Below the pieces are notes generated by a model. It made no database searches, had not been told where the DNA came from, and worked only from the letters and a program-made list of their open reading frames with translations. Both the position numbers and the translations under genes were made by a program. Below are positions 38,943 to 48,749 of a stretch of 64,000 nt of DNA, in pieces. Each line of letters opens with the position of its first letter. Position 1 is the first letter of the stretch. The DNA is from Pirellulales bacterium (lineage in GTDB: Bacteria > Planctomycetota > Planctomycetia > Pirellulales > JAICIG01): assembly GCA_040901675.1 (NCBI GenBank), contig JBBDYJ010000014.1:8559-72558 (forward strand), in the 5' to 3' direction.

Positions 38943-39557
38943 ATGGGCTTTTATTCGCGCGCCGTCTTTCCATGGCTTTGCGAGCTCAGCTTGAGCGGGC
39001 CGTTCGTGGCGGAGCAGCGGCAGAAACTGCTTGCCGGCGCCCAGGGCAACGTGCTGGAGATCGGTTTCGGCACGGGGCTGAACCTGCCCTACTATCCTGA
39101 CCGCGTCCGCGAAATCAGCGCGGTCGATCCGAACCCCGGCATGCGCCGGCTGGCGCACAAGCGGATCGAGCGAACCAGCATCAGCGTTCACTACCATCTC
39201 TCAAGCGGCGAGCGTCTCCCCTTCGGCGACCGCACGTTCGACTGCGTGGTGAGCACGTTCACGCTGTGCAGCATCGACGCCGTCGAGCAGTCGGTGAGCG
39301 AGATTTTCCGCGTGCTCAAGCCGGGGGGCCAATTCTTGTTCCTGGAGCACGGCCTGAGCCGTGAACCGGCCGTGCAGAAGTGGCAGCGCCGGCTGAACTG
39401 GCTCCAGATGCGGCTGGCAAACGGCTGCCGGCTGGACCGCGACGTGCGGCAATTGGTGGCGGCCCAGCCCTTCTCATCGATCTCGATCGACGAGTTCTAC
39501 CTGGAGCGATCACCGAAGACGCACGGCTACCTGTATCGAGGCGTCGCCCGGCGGTGA
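38943..39557 (+). CDS. Class I SAM-dependent methyltransferase
   Basis: VLEIGFGTGLN, LPF.D..FD, TLCS, RVLKPGG, LEH. Confidence 0.92.
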   Translation: MGFYSRAVFPWLCELSLSGPFVAEQRQKLLAGAQGNVLEIGFGTGLNLPYYPDRVREISAVDPNPGMRRLAHKRIERTSISVHYHLSSGERLPFGDRTFDCVVSTFTLCSIDAVEQSVSEIFRVLKPGGQFLFLEHGLSREPAVQKWQRRLNWLQMRLANGCRLDRDVRQLVAAQPFSSISIDEFYLERSPKTHGYLYRGVARR

Positions 39558-39854
39558 GGCGGCGGCGTGCAACTCGATGATTCCTTCTTTCAGCCTCAGG
39601 GCCGCACACCGCTCCTGGTACGTTGCCTGCCGCCTTGGAACTTTATCCGAGTGGCAGAGGTAGCATCGAGCATGGCCGCAGTCCCACGCATCCCGCTTCC
39701 GGAAACGCCCCTTCTGCCGATCGCAAATGCAATCGACGTCGTAGGGGTCTTTGCCGGCCACTCGCTGCGAGGTCTTGTTGCTCTCAACGTGAGAGCGATA
39801 GTGCTTTCTCCATTCCCGATAGGTTCGCGGGTACTCTTCGTGCCAACGCCGCAT
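39510..39854 (-). CDS. Small basic Cys/His-rich protein
   Basis: RBS ggag before ATG 39854. GRFRKRDAWDCGHARCYLCHSDK motif. Confidence 0.6.
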   Translation of the reverse strand: MRRWHEEYPRTYREWRKHYRSHVESNKTSQRVAGKDPYDVDCICDRQKGRFRKRDAWDCGHARCYLCHSDKVPRRQATYQERCAALRLKEGIIELHAAASPPGDASIQVAVRLR

Positions 39855-40101
39855 TGTGGTCTCCTGCATGGTGGTTTGCTCCCAGCACAGCGACCATGCA
39901 AGGTCGGCACTGTGCCGGGCAGCACATGCAGCAGCCACATCGTCGGTTCATTGTTTGGGCTCCGGTCCTTCTTCGCAACGCGGATCGACGCAACCAAGAT
40001 TATAGGCGGCGATAAACGCCCGCGAAATCGTTGAAGACTTTTTCGGGCCTTTGATCCGCCTGGCCAGGAGGCTGCAACGGCCCGCGACACAATCCCTTGT
40101 T

Positions 40102-40211
40102 TCGCCCTTTCAGGGCGACGCGCATTTGGTGGGACGTATCCCAGGGCGGCGCTACGCGGCTACCGCCGCTGCGCTCTGCCCTGGGCTGATTTCTCCTGCC
40201 CCTTCGGGGCG
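40102..40211. repeat. REP-like palindromic element
   Basis: cgccctttcagggcg, cccagggc...gccctggg and gccccttcggggc hairpins in an intergenic position. Confidence 0.7.
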
Positions 40212-40345
40212 GACGAGGCACGTGAAATGTCGCGCGGCGCATTCGTGTGAGGTCCTGTCATTGACTGTCGGTATTCGCGCACGACACGTATAATTGCGGC
40301 CGGCGGCGCCTGGAAGCGACATTGTCCCCACGGGGCTTAAAGGCC

Positions 40346-40891
40346 ATGAAGTTCTCAATGTTGTCCCTGCTCGGGGCGGTCGCCTTTGTGGCGTTGGGGT
40401 GTGGCGCGCTTCTGAATGCCTCGCCGCTGACGGAGAGCTGTGCGTTCAGCGTCACGCTGGCCGTATTCGCGGCCAGCACCTTGGCCATCTTTATCTGCCG
40501 CGGTCGATGGCAGGCCTGCGCCATCGGCTTCACGCTGTTCGGCGTCGCCTACCTGGCCGTGGTTTGGAAGGCAGAGGGCTCGCTCGTCACGGGCAGGATT
40601 CTCGATGCCGCGTATTCCGCTGTTCCGTGGCCCGACGTCTCGGCCACGATCGAAATACCGGAAAGGCACGGCGCCTTCGGCAGCAGCGTACTTAAGTACG
40701 CGAGAGAACCGGTTGAAGACGCCGCCCACCAGAAAATGCGCCGGAACGTCAGAACGACGCTTGCCGAGGTTCACGGCAGAACCAGGCAACGTGCCTTTGT
40801 GCAGATCGGCCACTACCTCTGCTCCGCGGTTTTTGCTCTTGTCGGCGGTGTTCTGGCTCGATGGCTCTACACGAAGCGAGTCTGTGAATAG
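40346..40891 (+). CDS. Hypothetical membrane protein, paralog of 59783..60268
   Basis: MKFSMLSLLGAVAFVALGCGAL, several TM helices. Confidence 0.7.
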   Translation: MKFSMLSLLGAVAFVALGCGALLNASPLTESCAFSVTLAVFAASTLAIFICRGRWQACAIGFTLFGVAYLAVVWKAEGSLVTGRILDAAYSAVPWPDVSATIEIPERHGAFGSSVLKYAREPVEDAAHQKMRRNVRTTLAEVHGRTRQRAFVQIGHYLCSAVFALVGGVLARWLYTKRVCE

Positions 40892-40946
40892 ATGGAGCCG
40901 CGGAGGCGGTTCCAGTCCGGTTCAAGGCCCTATTTTCGAAGGAGTT

Positions 40947-42497
40947 CTACTCGCTGCGCAGCAACCGGCCGCCTTTCCCGGCGAGGCGCAGGTAGTGATC
41001 GGCCGGCTGGCCCTCGAAGGTCGCGAACTCGTCGCCGGGCGGATCGTTGCTGCACTTGAAGATCGCGGTCCCCTCGTCCACTTCATCGAACATCGCCACG
41101 TAGACCATCCGGGCGCCGGCCCGCTTCGCCTCGACAAACTGCTCCCAGAGGAACTTGCCTCCCAGCCGCGGGATCGGACGGGCCGAGCGAGCGTCAGGGT
41201 GCAGGCCATGCCACTTGAAGCCGGGAAAGACAACGGGTAGATACTCCTTGCCACGGACCTGGCACCACTCGATGTCCGCCTTCAGGCGGCCTTGGCCATG
41301 CTCGGCGACCTGCTCCAGGCTGGCGTAGCGGCCCACGGTCCAGGGACTGACGATGTCGGCCTCTAGAATCAAGTCGTGAAGGGCGGGGTCGTCGACCGAG
41401 TCTCTGTCGAGCGTTCGCCAGGCCGTTGGCACGCCCAGCATGACGGTGCAGCCGCCGAAATCGGCATCGTGCTTCAAGAACTCGACCAGGCGAGCGCACT
41501 GCCGCAAGGTGTACCGGCGGTGAGGCTCGTTGAAGCCCACGCCCCAGACGGCCACCACCGGCTTGCCGTTGTGGTGCTGGTAGGCCGGGTCGCTGGTGAT
41601 CCGCATTCGCTCGACGAGGGCTTTCCAGTCGTCGATCACCCGGTCCATGCCGCCTTCCGGCAGGCCGGTCAGGTCGTACATGACCGCATACGTGCGGCCA
41701 TGGAGGTTCGCCCCTTCGCGGCAGTGAGCCAGAACGACGTTGCGATGCCGCAGATCGAGCGGATGAATCGTCTCGATGGCAAATCGCTGTACGAACGCCC
41801 CGTCGATGCCGTATTCACGCATCCATTTAAAATGCCGCAGGACCGTCCGGCGGTTGTAGGAGCTGAAGACATGGGCCGGGCTGCCGTCGGACTGCCGGAA
41901 GCCGGTCGGAAATCTTTCATCGGCCGACAGCTCGGTCATGTCGGGCCACATGCTGACGCTGCACGCGCCCGGCTCGCATTTGCCCGGCCCCCAATGCCGC
42001 CAGCCTCGGTCGGATCCATCGCCGGGAGTCGAGAACCAGCCTTGATAGCCGCACATGATCTTGCCCCAGAGCGTGCCCGGCTCGACGCCCGGCACGCTCT
42101 TGCCGGCGTAGGGCTTCATGGTGCTCTCGATCACCTGCTGCCGCTCGGTGGACGGCTTCGTGGACGCCGGCTCGGCGGCTCGGGTCGACAGCCGCCCGGA
42201 AAGCACCGACAGCGCGGTCAGGAGCACAAGTGATGCGATGAATACCGCCAGTGACCCGAGCGCCCCTATACCGAAGCAGCGTGCCTCGGACGCCGCCTGC
42301 TCCTTCAAGTCCGCTGCGCGGCTGAACCTCAACATGCAAAACACGAATGTCCCTGCCAGGATGCAGAAAAAGCTGATCAACATGCATAACGAAAGCACCA
42401 AATCCAGGAACTCGGGAACCATCGTTGCCGTCCAGCTCAAGACAGCGACGATGCTCATCATCGCAAACAGGCTCGATAGCCGATATTGCAGGTTCAT
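40947..42497 (-). CDS. Glycoside hydrolase family 71/99-like protein with N-terminal TM segments
   Basis: GYQGWF, WPDM.E, YGIDGAFVQRF, MYD, SPWTVGRY, AMFDEVDEGTA. Confidence 0.82.
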   Translation of the reverse strand: MNLQYRLSSLFAMMSIVAVLSWTATMVPEFLDLVLSLCMLISFFCILAGTFVFCMLRFSRAADLKEQAASEARCFGIGALGSLAVFIASLVLLTALSVLSGRLSTRAAEPASTKPSTERQQVIESTMKPYAGKSVPGVEPGTLWGKIMCGYQGWFSTPGDGSDRGWRHWGPGKCEPGACSVSMWPDMTELSADERFPTGFRQSDGSPAHVFSSYNRRTVLRHFKWMREYGIDGAFVQRFAIETIHPLDLRHRNVVLAHCREGANLHGRTYAVMYDLTGLPEGGMDRVIDDWKALVERMRITSDPAYQHHNGKPVVAVWGVGFNEPHRRYTLRQCARLVEFLKHDADFGGCTVMLGVPTAWRTLDRDSVDDPALHDLILEADIVSPWTVGRYASLEQVAEHGQGRLKADIEWCQVRGKEYLPVVFPGFKWHGLHPDARSARPIPRLGGKFLWEQFVEAKRAGARMVYVAMFDEVDEGTAIFKCSNDPPGDEFATFEGQPADHYLRLAGKGGRLLRSE

Positions 42498-42676
42498 TTA
42501 GCCGATGCGTCCTCGATCGGATCCCTCGCCGGGAGCTGAGAACCAGCCTGGATAGCGGCCGAGAGCCGGCCGCCCTCCCTTATCCCGTTCGTCCGGCGAC
42601 TGATACGCGCTTTCGTGCATCCCTTATTCTTATTCTAACCGGTGCGCCGATCCGCGAGACGGCAAGCATCCACAGA

Positions 42677-43108
42677 TTACGCTGATCGACGCGGACGACG
42701 AGCGACGGGGAGTTCGCCACCTCTCCGATGGTTTATTGGTTGGCCGCGGGGGACAGCGAAGGCGGCCCGGACAACCGCCACCGCGGCAGCGACCAAGTCG
42801 ACTCTGACGACTTCCACAAAGTACTCGTCTCCGACAAGCCGCCGAAGCCAGGCCGGGCCTGGCGGCCGGCCTTTCGGATCGAACGCGTTCGTCACCTTTG
42901 GATCCGGGCGCTCATAATCGTAGCGCACGTGGCCGCCGAGCTTCAGCACGGTCCGCACGACCTCGCGCTGGTTCCGGGCTTGCCTGACCACGGTTCCCAA
43001 CCAGATCGAACAGATCGTCATGACCGCCAACAGCGTCAGCAAACGGAACTGCAACCAGCGCCGGAAAGGCTTGGGCCGACTGTTCGCCCTGGCAGCCGAG
43101 TTGGTCAT
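42677..43108 (-). CDS. Planctomycete QF-x-L-x-TLL membrane protein, probably C-terminally truncated
   Basis: RRWLQFRLLTLL, LGG.V.YD, WLRRLVGDEYF. This N-terminus usually precedes LRRs, which are absent here. Confidence 0.6.
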   Translation of the reverse strand: MTNSAARANSRPKPFRRWLQFRLLTLLAVMTICSIWLGTVVRQARNQREVVRTVLKLGGHVRYDYERPDPKVTNAFDPKGRPPGPAWLRRLVGDEYFVEVVRVDLVAAAVAVVRAAFAVPRGQPINHRRGGELPVARRPRRSA

Positions 43109-43325
43109 TTGGAATTGCTCAATGAACGTCGACTCGCCCCGAGTCCGAGATTGTGAGCGGTCAGTGGGCCCTTTCCCAATCGCAGGCAGATGATTTCCGC
43201 CAGGAAGGGTGCCGGCCCACTTCGCCCCGCATGCCCGAACCCACGTTGACCCATTCCAGGCCGGCCTCTATGATCGCCCCGCTTCGTCGCATCCATTTGG
43301 CAGCCCGGCTTGTCAGGAGAACTCC

Positions 43326-43946
43326 ATGCGTCTTGTCATGGGTATCGTTGCGGCTCTCGTGCTGATCTCGATCGGCGCAGGTTACGAAGCACTTTGGGGC
43401 GAGGAGGCAGGAGACGATCCACGCGCACTCGCGCGGCGAGCTTCTCAGGAGCCTTCCAATACGGTCCGCATTACCCGGTCCGGTGATCCGGACAGTTCGA
43501 ACCCGTCTGCACAACAATACACGGTGGAATGCCGAATTGTCTCCAGCGGTCGAAGCAGGACTGTTCGGAAAGGCAATAAGACTGTAATGGTCACCCCGCT
43601 CTCCTTGAACGTTCCGGTGGTGACGGTTCGCAGCGGCGAAAAGACCACCATCGCCGACACCAGTCGCCGTCATTTCGTGGTTCCCTCGACTTCCGAGAAT
43701 GGCAGCACTCCGATCACGCGCGAGATTCCGCTGGGGACGGTGGTCGAGGTAAGCGTGGTAGGGATCGGCAATGGCAGAGCCATCGTGGACGTCACAGCCG
43801 ACCTTCAGAGCGCCACTGCGGACGGGCAATCCATTCGAGTCGATACCGAAAAGGGGCGAATGATCGCCTGTGTTCGACTCGGTGAGCCGGTTTCGACGGC
43901 GTTCGACGGCTGGACCCTCGAAGCGGTGGTCGACTCGGTTCGCTGA
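43326..43946 (+). CDS. Hypothetical secreted protein
   Basis: RBS aggaga, signal peptide, beta-rich body. Confidence 0.6.
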   Translation: MRLVMGIVAALVLISIGAGYEALWGEEAGDDPRALARRASQEPSNTVRITRSGDPDSSNPSAQQYTVECRIVSSGRSRTVRKGNKTVMVTPLSLNVPVVTVRSGEKTTIADTSRRHFVVPSTSENGSTPITREIPLGTVVEVSVVGIGNGRAIVDVTADLQSATADGQSIRVDTEKGRMIACVRLGEPVSTAFDGWTLEAVVDSVR

Positions 43947-43958
43947 TCAGCCATCCCG

Positions 43959-44288
43959 GTGCTTGAGTTCCTCTTCACAACCTGGTGGACCTACGAGCCC
44001 AACTCGGGCGAACTGTTCTCTTCCATTTACCACTGGTTCAACCTGGTCGAGGGCGTGCTCTGGTGCCTGTTGGCGGCCCTCGTGCTCAGGCGCTATCTAC
44101 GCTACGGCCGCACGCCGCTGGAGCCGGTCTACGCATTCAGCTTTTTGGCGTTCGGGGCCACGGATTTTTTCGAGGCCTATCGGCTGCCGACCTGGCTCAT
44201 CGCGCTCAAAGCGGTCATCCTGCTCGCGCTGGTCATCGAGCGCCGCCATCTGCTGCGGCATCACTACCCGATGAGCAGATCGTACTAG
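43959..44288 (+). CDS. Hypothetical membrane protein
   Basis: FNLVEG..W, FGATDFFE, WL...K, three hydrophobic segments. Confidence 0.65.
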   Translation: MLEFLFTTWWTYEPNSGELFSSIYHWFNLVEGVLWCLLAALVLRRYLRYGRTPLEPVYAFSFLAFGATDFFEAYRLPTWLIALKAVILLALVIERRHLLRHHYPMSRSY

Positions 44289-44302
44289 CCCGATCGATAA
44301 CC

Positions 44303-44938
44303 ATGCCTTCTTCCCGGACACCCGAAGGAAAGCCGATTCGTTGCCCGCTCTGCGGGAACGACGTCTGGATTGAGCCGTCCGTGCCGACTGGAGACGCTCC
44401 CTGCCCGTGCTGCGGCCACTTGCTTTGGTTTGAATCGGTTCCGCAGCCTCAATCGCCTCGGCGGTGGAAGACACGCCCGGCCAGAAGAACTGCACCAGCC
44501 GAAGGTGAAGCATCGGGCCGCCAGTTCTCCAGGGGCGACGCAATTGCGTGGCATGTTTGCAGCGTGGCCACGGCTGCTGTGGTGGGCTTGCTCGATTGGT
44601 CCGTCTTGCACGCTTTGTCATGGCTGACGGCCGGCGTGGTCTTCGGCTCCGTCATCCTGCCCTTTCTCTACCGTCGCTCAGCAGCATTCTTGGACCGTCA
44701 CGAGAATTTGTTCGTCGGTGTTATCTTCGGCTGGGCACTTGGCCTGGGTCCGCCAGTAGGAGGTTTCTTTGGAGCCCTGGTTCCGGTGATCGTTGGTTTG
44801 CCGGTGACGTCGCTCGAAGGGGCGGTCCTGGGACTGCTCGTTGGGCCGCTGGCGGCGGCGGTGGAGGGCCTGATGATTACCTCAGCAATTTGCCTGGTCG
44901 TGTGGGGTGTCACCGGGCAACGGCGCGACCGGGAGTGA
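44303..44938 (+). CDS. Zinc-ribbon plus membrane domain protein
   Basis: SRTPEG...CPLCG...DAPCPCCGHLLWF followed by TM helices. Confidence 0.7.
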   Translation: MPSSRTPEGKPIRCPLCGNDVWIEPSVPTGDAPCPCCGHLLWFESVPQPQSPRRWKTRPARRTAPAEGEASGRQFSRGDAIAWHVCSVATAAVVGLLDWSVLHALSWLTAGVVFGSVILPFLYRRSAAFLDRHENLFVGVIFGWALGLGPPVGGFFGALVPVIVGLPVTSLEGAVLGLLVGPLAAAVEGLMITSAICLVVWGVTGQRRDRE

Positions 44939-45027
44939 CAGGCGGTTTCTTGCCCGCGCGATCGTCCAGACCACGGCCCCTCGGCGGCAGGGCGGCCTGG
45001 CGGTACAATGGCTCGTGCGGCGGCCAT

Positions 45028-45109
<82 letters not shown>

Positions 45110-45208
45110 TTTCGACGATGGAGTCGATGCAGCTTGATGTGTCGTTGGGCGAATCGGCTCGCACTGCACGACCCAGTCGGGGAGGCACAGGCCCTACGCG
45201 TAAATGAC

Positions 45209-45676
45209 ATGACCAGGTTGGAGCATAGGCGGACCGCTGTCCGTGAAGGTGTTGGAGTCCTCATCGGCGTCAGTGCCACGATGTTTGGATTGGCGGCCTT
45301 CTACGTTCTCTTCTTTTGGTGGACGTGGGATGACGACTGGCTCTTCGTTATCGCCGGTTTTGCCATCTTAGCGGTTGTCTTTCTTGTCGCCGCAACTTAC
45401 GCCATCGTGAACATCTCAAGAGACGGGGAGTTCGTCTGCCGAATTGACGGAGATACGATCGAATGTGTCTCGCCAGTTAAAGGATGCGGAGAGACGTTCA
45501 TGATCCGAATCGCTGATATCGTGAAGGTGGAGAAAGAGGAAGATTCACGCAGTTGGTATATCTGGGACAGAGCCGGGAATCGCTATTGGTTGACGGGCAA
45601 CTATGGCAATCCGGCCCGCAAGTTCATCCATGTGATTCGGGAGATGAACGAATCCATCACCGAAACCTGCAGCTAA
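45209..45676 (+). CDS. Hypothetical membrane protein
   Basis: Two TM helices plus a small soluble domain. Start uncertain. Confidence 0.55.
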   Translation: MTRLEHRRTAVREGVGVLIGVSATMFGLAAFYVLFFWWTWDDDWLFVIAGFAILAVVFLVAATYAIVNISRDGEFVCRIDGDTIECVSPVKGCGETFMIRIADIVKVEKEEDSRSWYIWDRAGNRYWLTGNYGNPARKFIHVIREMNESITETCS

Positions 45677-45739
45677 AGTCATTGTTGGGCTTGTCTACGT
45701 GCAGGGGGGCTACACGGTTTCGACAAGGAGGGGGCTAGC

Positions 45740-46015
45740 TTGAAGGACGGCAAAGTGGACGATGATCTCGGACAGATGTCGCGTGAGCAGCTCGTCGCTG
45801 AAGTCAAGAAGCTGCGGCACGGCATCCGCCAGCATCGCGACAGCTCGCGGCATGAGCTGTGCTGGCATCATCCGGCGCTTTGGGCGCTGTTGCCGGAAAA
45901 GACCGATCCGGTTCCCGTGGTGCCGGACTGGCCACAGTTCATGCAAGGCTGCGTGAAGTATCGGCAGTCGCTTGACGAGCAAGCGCCGGACGCTCCGCGA
46001 ACAACAGAGCCATAG
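45740..46015 (+). CDS. Small hypothetical protein
   Basis: RBS ggaggg. LRHGIRQHRDS..HELCWHHP...PDWPQFMQGCVKYR reads as protein-like. Confidence 0.7.
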   Translation: MKDGKVDDDLGQMSREQLVAEVKKLRHGIRQHRDSSRHELCWHHPALWALLPEKTDPVPVVPDWPQFMQGCVKYRQSLDEQAPDAPRTTEP

Positions 46016-46030
46016 AACCAGGCATCCTCC

Positions 46031-46303
46031 ATGACCCAAACCGGCGGCAACGAGGCCGAGAACCCGTACGGGACACCGCGGACCCAAGGTGGCCGGCCGG
46101 CAAAGAGGAAGCGGCCTGGGTGGCATCCATTGACATGGACGATCGTCGGTTTTGCCGGCGGCACGATCGCCGTGGCTCCATTTATTTTGAGCATTGAACC
46201 GCGAGAGCGCATCAAGGCGGGCATGATGTTCGGCGGCCCATTGGGCGCGGTGGCCAGCCTCGGTCACGGTTTTGCGCGCCGGCGAAAGCAAGAGCAGGAT
46301 TGA
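46031..46303 (+). CDS. Small membrane protein
   Basis: ENPY motif and two hydrophobic segments. Confidence 0.55.
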   Translation: MTQTGGNEAENPYGTPRTQGGRPAKRKRPGWHPLTWTIVGFAGGTIAVAPFILSIEPRERIKAGMMFGGPLGAVASLGHGFARRRKQEQD

Positions 46304-46310
46304 AAGTCGA

Positions 46311-47003
46311 TCATCTGGCGGCCCGGACGCCGACCTCGTCCAGGTGCCGCAGCAAGTCGGCCGGATCTTGATACACGCGGTACGCTCCGGCCCGTTCGAG
46401 CTCCTCCTTGCCGTACCCGCCCGAGAGCAGCCCTACGCCCAATGCCCTGGCACGACGGGCGGCCAGCAGGTCCCAAACGCTGTCGCCGACCACGACGGAA
46501 TCGCCGATCGGCACTCCCAGCCGCTCCGCCGCCGCCAGGAACAGGTCGGGATCCGGCTTGGCGTGCTCCACCTCGTCGCGGGTCACGATGGGCACGTCGG
46601 GACCCACGCCGAGCCCTTCGAGCGTGGGGCGGGCGCTCTCGATCCGCGCGCTGGTGGCAATGGACCAGGGCACGCCGGCCTGCGTGAGATACGCGAGCAA
46701 CTCGCGGGCGCCCGGCAGCGGCCGGACCTGGCCCGCCAGGCGGGCATACGCGTCGGCGTGCAGCCGTAAGAGCCGGCCGGCCTCTTCGGCGGTCACCGCG
46801 TGGCCGGTTTCGCGGAGGATGGCGTTGGCCATCAGTCCGCCGCTCATCCCGATCCTGCGGTGGATGGTCCAAACGGCCAGTTCGATGCCAACGGCCGCCA
46901 TCGCCTCGCGCCAGGCCAGCACGTGCTGATAAACGCTATCCACCAGCGTGCCGTCCAGGTCGAACAGGAAGGCGGGTCGGTTTTCTCTAGTGATCGCGGT
47001 CAT
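46311..47003 (-). CDS. HAD family hydrolase
   Basis: FDLDGTLVDS, ATS, KPDPD, VGDSVWD. Confidence 0.93.
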   Translation of the reverse strand: MTAITRENRPAFLFDLDGTLVDSVYQHVLAWREAMAAVGIELAVWTIHRRIGMSGGLMANAILRETGHAVTAEEAGRLLRLHADAYARLAGQVRPLPGARELLAYLTQAGVPWSIATSARIESARPTLEGLGVGPDVPIVTRDEVEHAKPDPDLFLAAAERLGVPIGDSVVVGDSVWDLLAARRARALGVGLLSGGYGKEELERAGAYRVYQDPADLLRHLDEVGVRAAR

Positions 47004-47192
47004 AAGCCATCGTCTCCTTCACGCTCAGTATATCTCCATGGCACGGCGCTGGGTCCCCGCCGCAACCAATATGCTTGACAGCTTATTGGAAAGCGAGACA
47101 CTAACCGGGAGAGGGTCAAAGGGTCGTATCGCCAGCGTCAAGATCACGGACGGCCCGCAGGTCTTGACGCTCGGAAAGAAAGGAGCGCGCTC

Positions 47193-48269
47193 ATGAGACT
47201 GAAACGTCTGGTCACTGCGTTCACCGTTCTCGCCGCAATCATCCCCATCGCCGTGTCGGCGGGGGAGGAGCCGGAACCCGCGCCGACCGAGCTTGCCCCA
47301 GCCGACTTCGACCCGCCGGTCCGCCTGAAGGCGGGAGGGGAGTTCATCGACACGGGGAAGTACATCGCTCACGCCGGGCCGCTGGTCGCCGACCTGGACG
47401 CCGACGGCAAGCCCGACCTGCTGGTCGGCAACTTCATGGGACACTTCCAGGTCTACATGAACACCGGCACTCGGACGGAGCCGGACTACACGGACAAGGG
47501 GCTGCTGCAGGCCGCGGGGGAGACGGTCAAAGTCCCCAACTGGTGATGCATCGGGCTCGGTCCGCAGTTGGCGGATCTGACGGGCGACGGCATCGACGAT
47601 CTGTTCACCGGCTGCTTCGAGGGGGGCGTCTACGTGCTCGCCGGCGGCAAAGAGGGCAGCTTCGCCGCGCCTCAGAAGCTGCTGGACAAGGCGGGCAACG
47701 TGCTGCGTCTCGGACAGTACTGGGACTACGACACACAGAAGTGGACCGGCGTGGCCCAGAGCAAGTACAGCGACAAGCTGGGCATCGGGGCGGCCGCCGT
47801 GGACTGGGACGGCGACGGCGACCTCGATCTCGTGCTCGGCTCCTACGACGGCAACCTGTTTGTCCGATTGAACGAAGGATCGGCGGCGGAGCCGGCCTTC
47901 GCCACCGAGAGCATCCTGCTCATGGAGGGCGACGCTGCCTTGGAAGTGCCCGGGCGCGACGCCATTCCGGAAATTGCCGACTGGGACGGGGACGGCCGTT
48001 TTGACATCCTGAGCGGCAGCGGCTCCGGCGGGGTGTATTGGTTCCGCAACGTCGGCAGCACGGGCGCCCCTGCCTTCGAGAATGCCCGGGCCATCGTTCC
48101 TGCGGCGGAATCGAAGGGCGACATGGACAACCCCACCTGGCCGGGCGAGCGGACCCAGGTTTGCGCTACCGATTACGACGGCGACGGCGACCTCGATCTC
48201 CTCGTCGGCGACTTCAACAGTCATGGCGAGGCCATGCACGGCTGGGTCTGGCTCTTTCGCCGCCAATAA
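47193..48269 (+). CDS. Candidate secreted selenoprotein, FG-GAP/VCBS repeat beta-propeller, W-U-C motif (Sec at codon 118, TGA 47544-47546)
   Basis: ORFs 47193..47546 and 47568..48269 are in frame across one TGA: KVPNW-U-CIGLGPQLADLTGDG. DxDGDGxxDL repeats on both sides. SECIS-like hairpin follows. Confidence 0.8.
47559..47577 (+). promoter_or_regulatory. Putative bacterial SECIS hairpin
   Basis: GGTCCGC-AGTTG-GCGGATC after a 12-nt spacer from the TGA. Confidence 0.7.
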
Positions 48270-48352
48270 GTGTGTACTCCGGGGGCGCCCCGGCCCGAGG
48301 GATTCTGCGCCGGCCTTTTGCTTCGGCGAAAGCGCAGCACCCGCAATCTTCG

Positions 48353-48577
48353 TTAGGGCAGCACATACAGATAGAGCAGCAACAGCGATAACATGAATAG
48401 TCCACATGCTGCCAACCATCCAACTGAGCCCGTCTTCTTCTCAAGCACCGCAAATCCGACCCACGTCATTGCCACGATTCCCATTGCCACACCGAGTCCT
48501 GGGGAAGTAGTTTCAACCCACGCTAATCCTGCGATAACCGCCGTCAACAGGAATAGCGTAAGGATCCGGAATTGCAT
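48353..48577 (-). CDS. Small membrane protein, QF-x-I-x-TLF type
   Basis: MQFRILTLFLLTAVIA, three hydrophobic segments. Confidence 0.55.
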   Translation of the reverse strand: MQFRILTLFLLTAVIAGLAWVETTSPGLGVAMGIVAMTWVGFAVLEKKTGSVGWLAACGLFMLSLLLLYLYVLP

Positions 48578-48695
48578 CGGTTTCGTCCCCCCCACGTCCT
48601 GCCATAGTCGCCGTCCATGGACGGCAGGACATGCAGCAGCCGCTTATTCATCCAGGTTCCAGGATCGGCCGAGAAATAAGCTCTTCACATCGCAA

Positions 48696-48733
48696 CTGGG
48701 GCACGCTTATCGCTTTGCCCCAGCCACCCGGGT
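48696..48733. repeat. REP-like element, empty form
   Basis: ctggggcacgcttatcgctttgccccagccacccggg, just downstream of fdhE. Confidence 0.8.
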
Positions 48734-48749
48734 GGGTCGACACGGGCGC

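Noticed and set aside
43944..43959. In-frame TGA between 43326..43946 and 43959..44288 as a Sec codon
   Set aside because: No Cys or redox context, no SECIS-like hairpin, and both ORFs look complete on their own.
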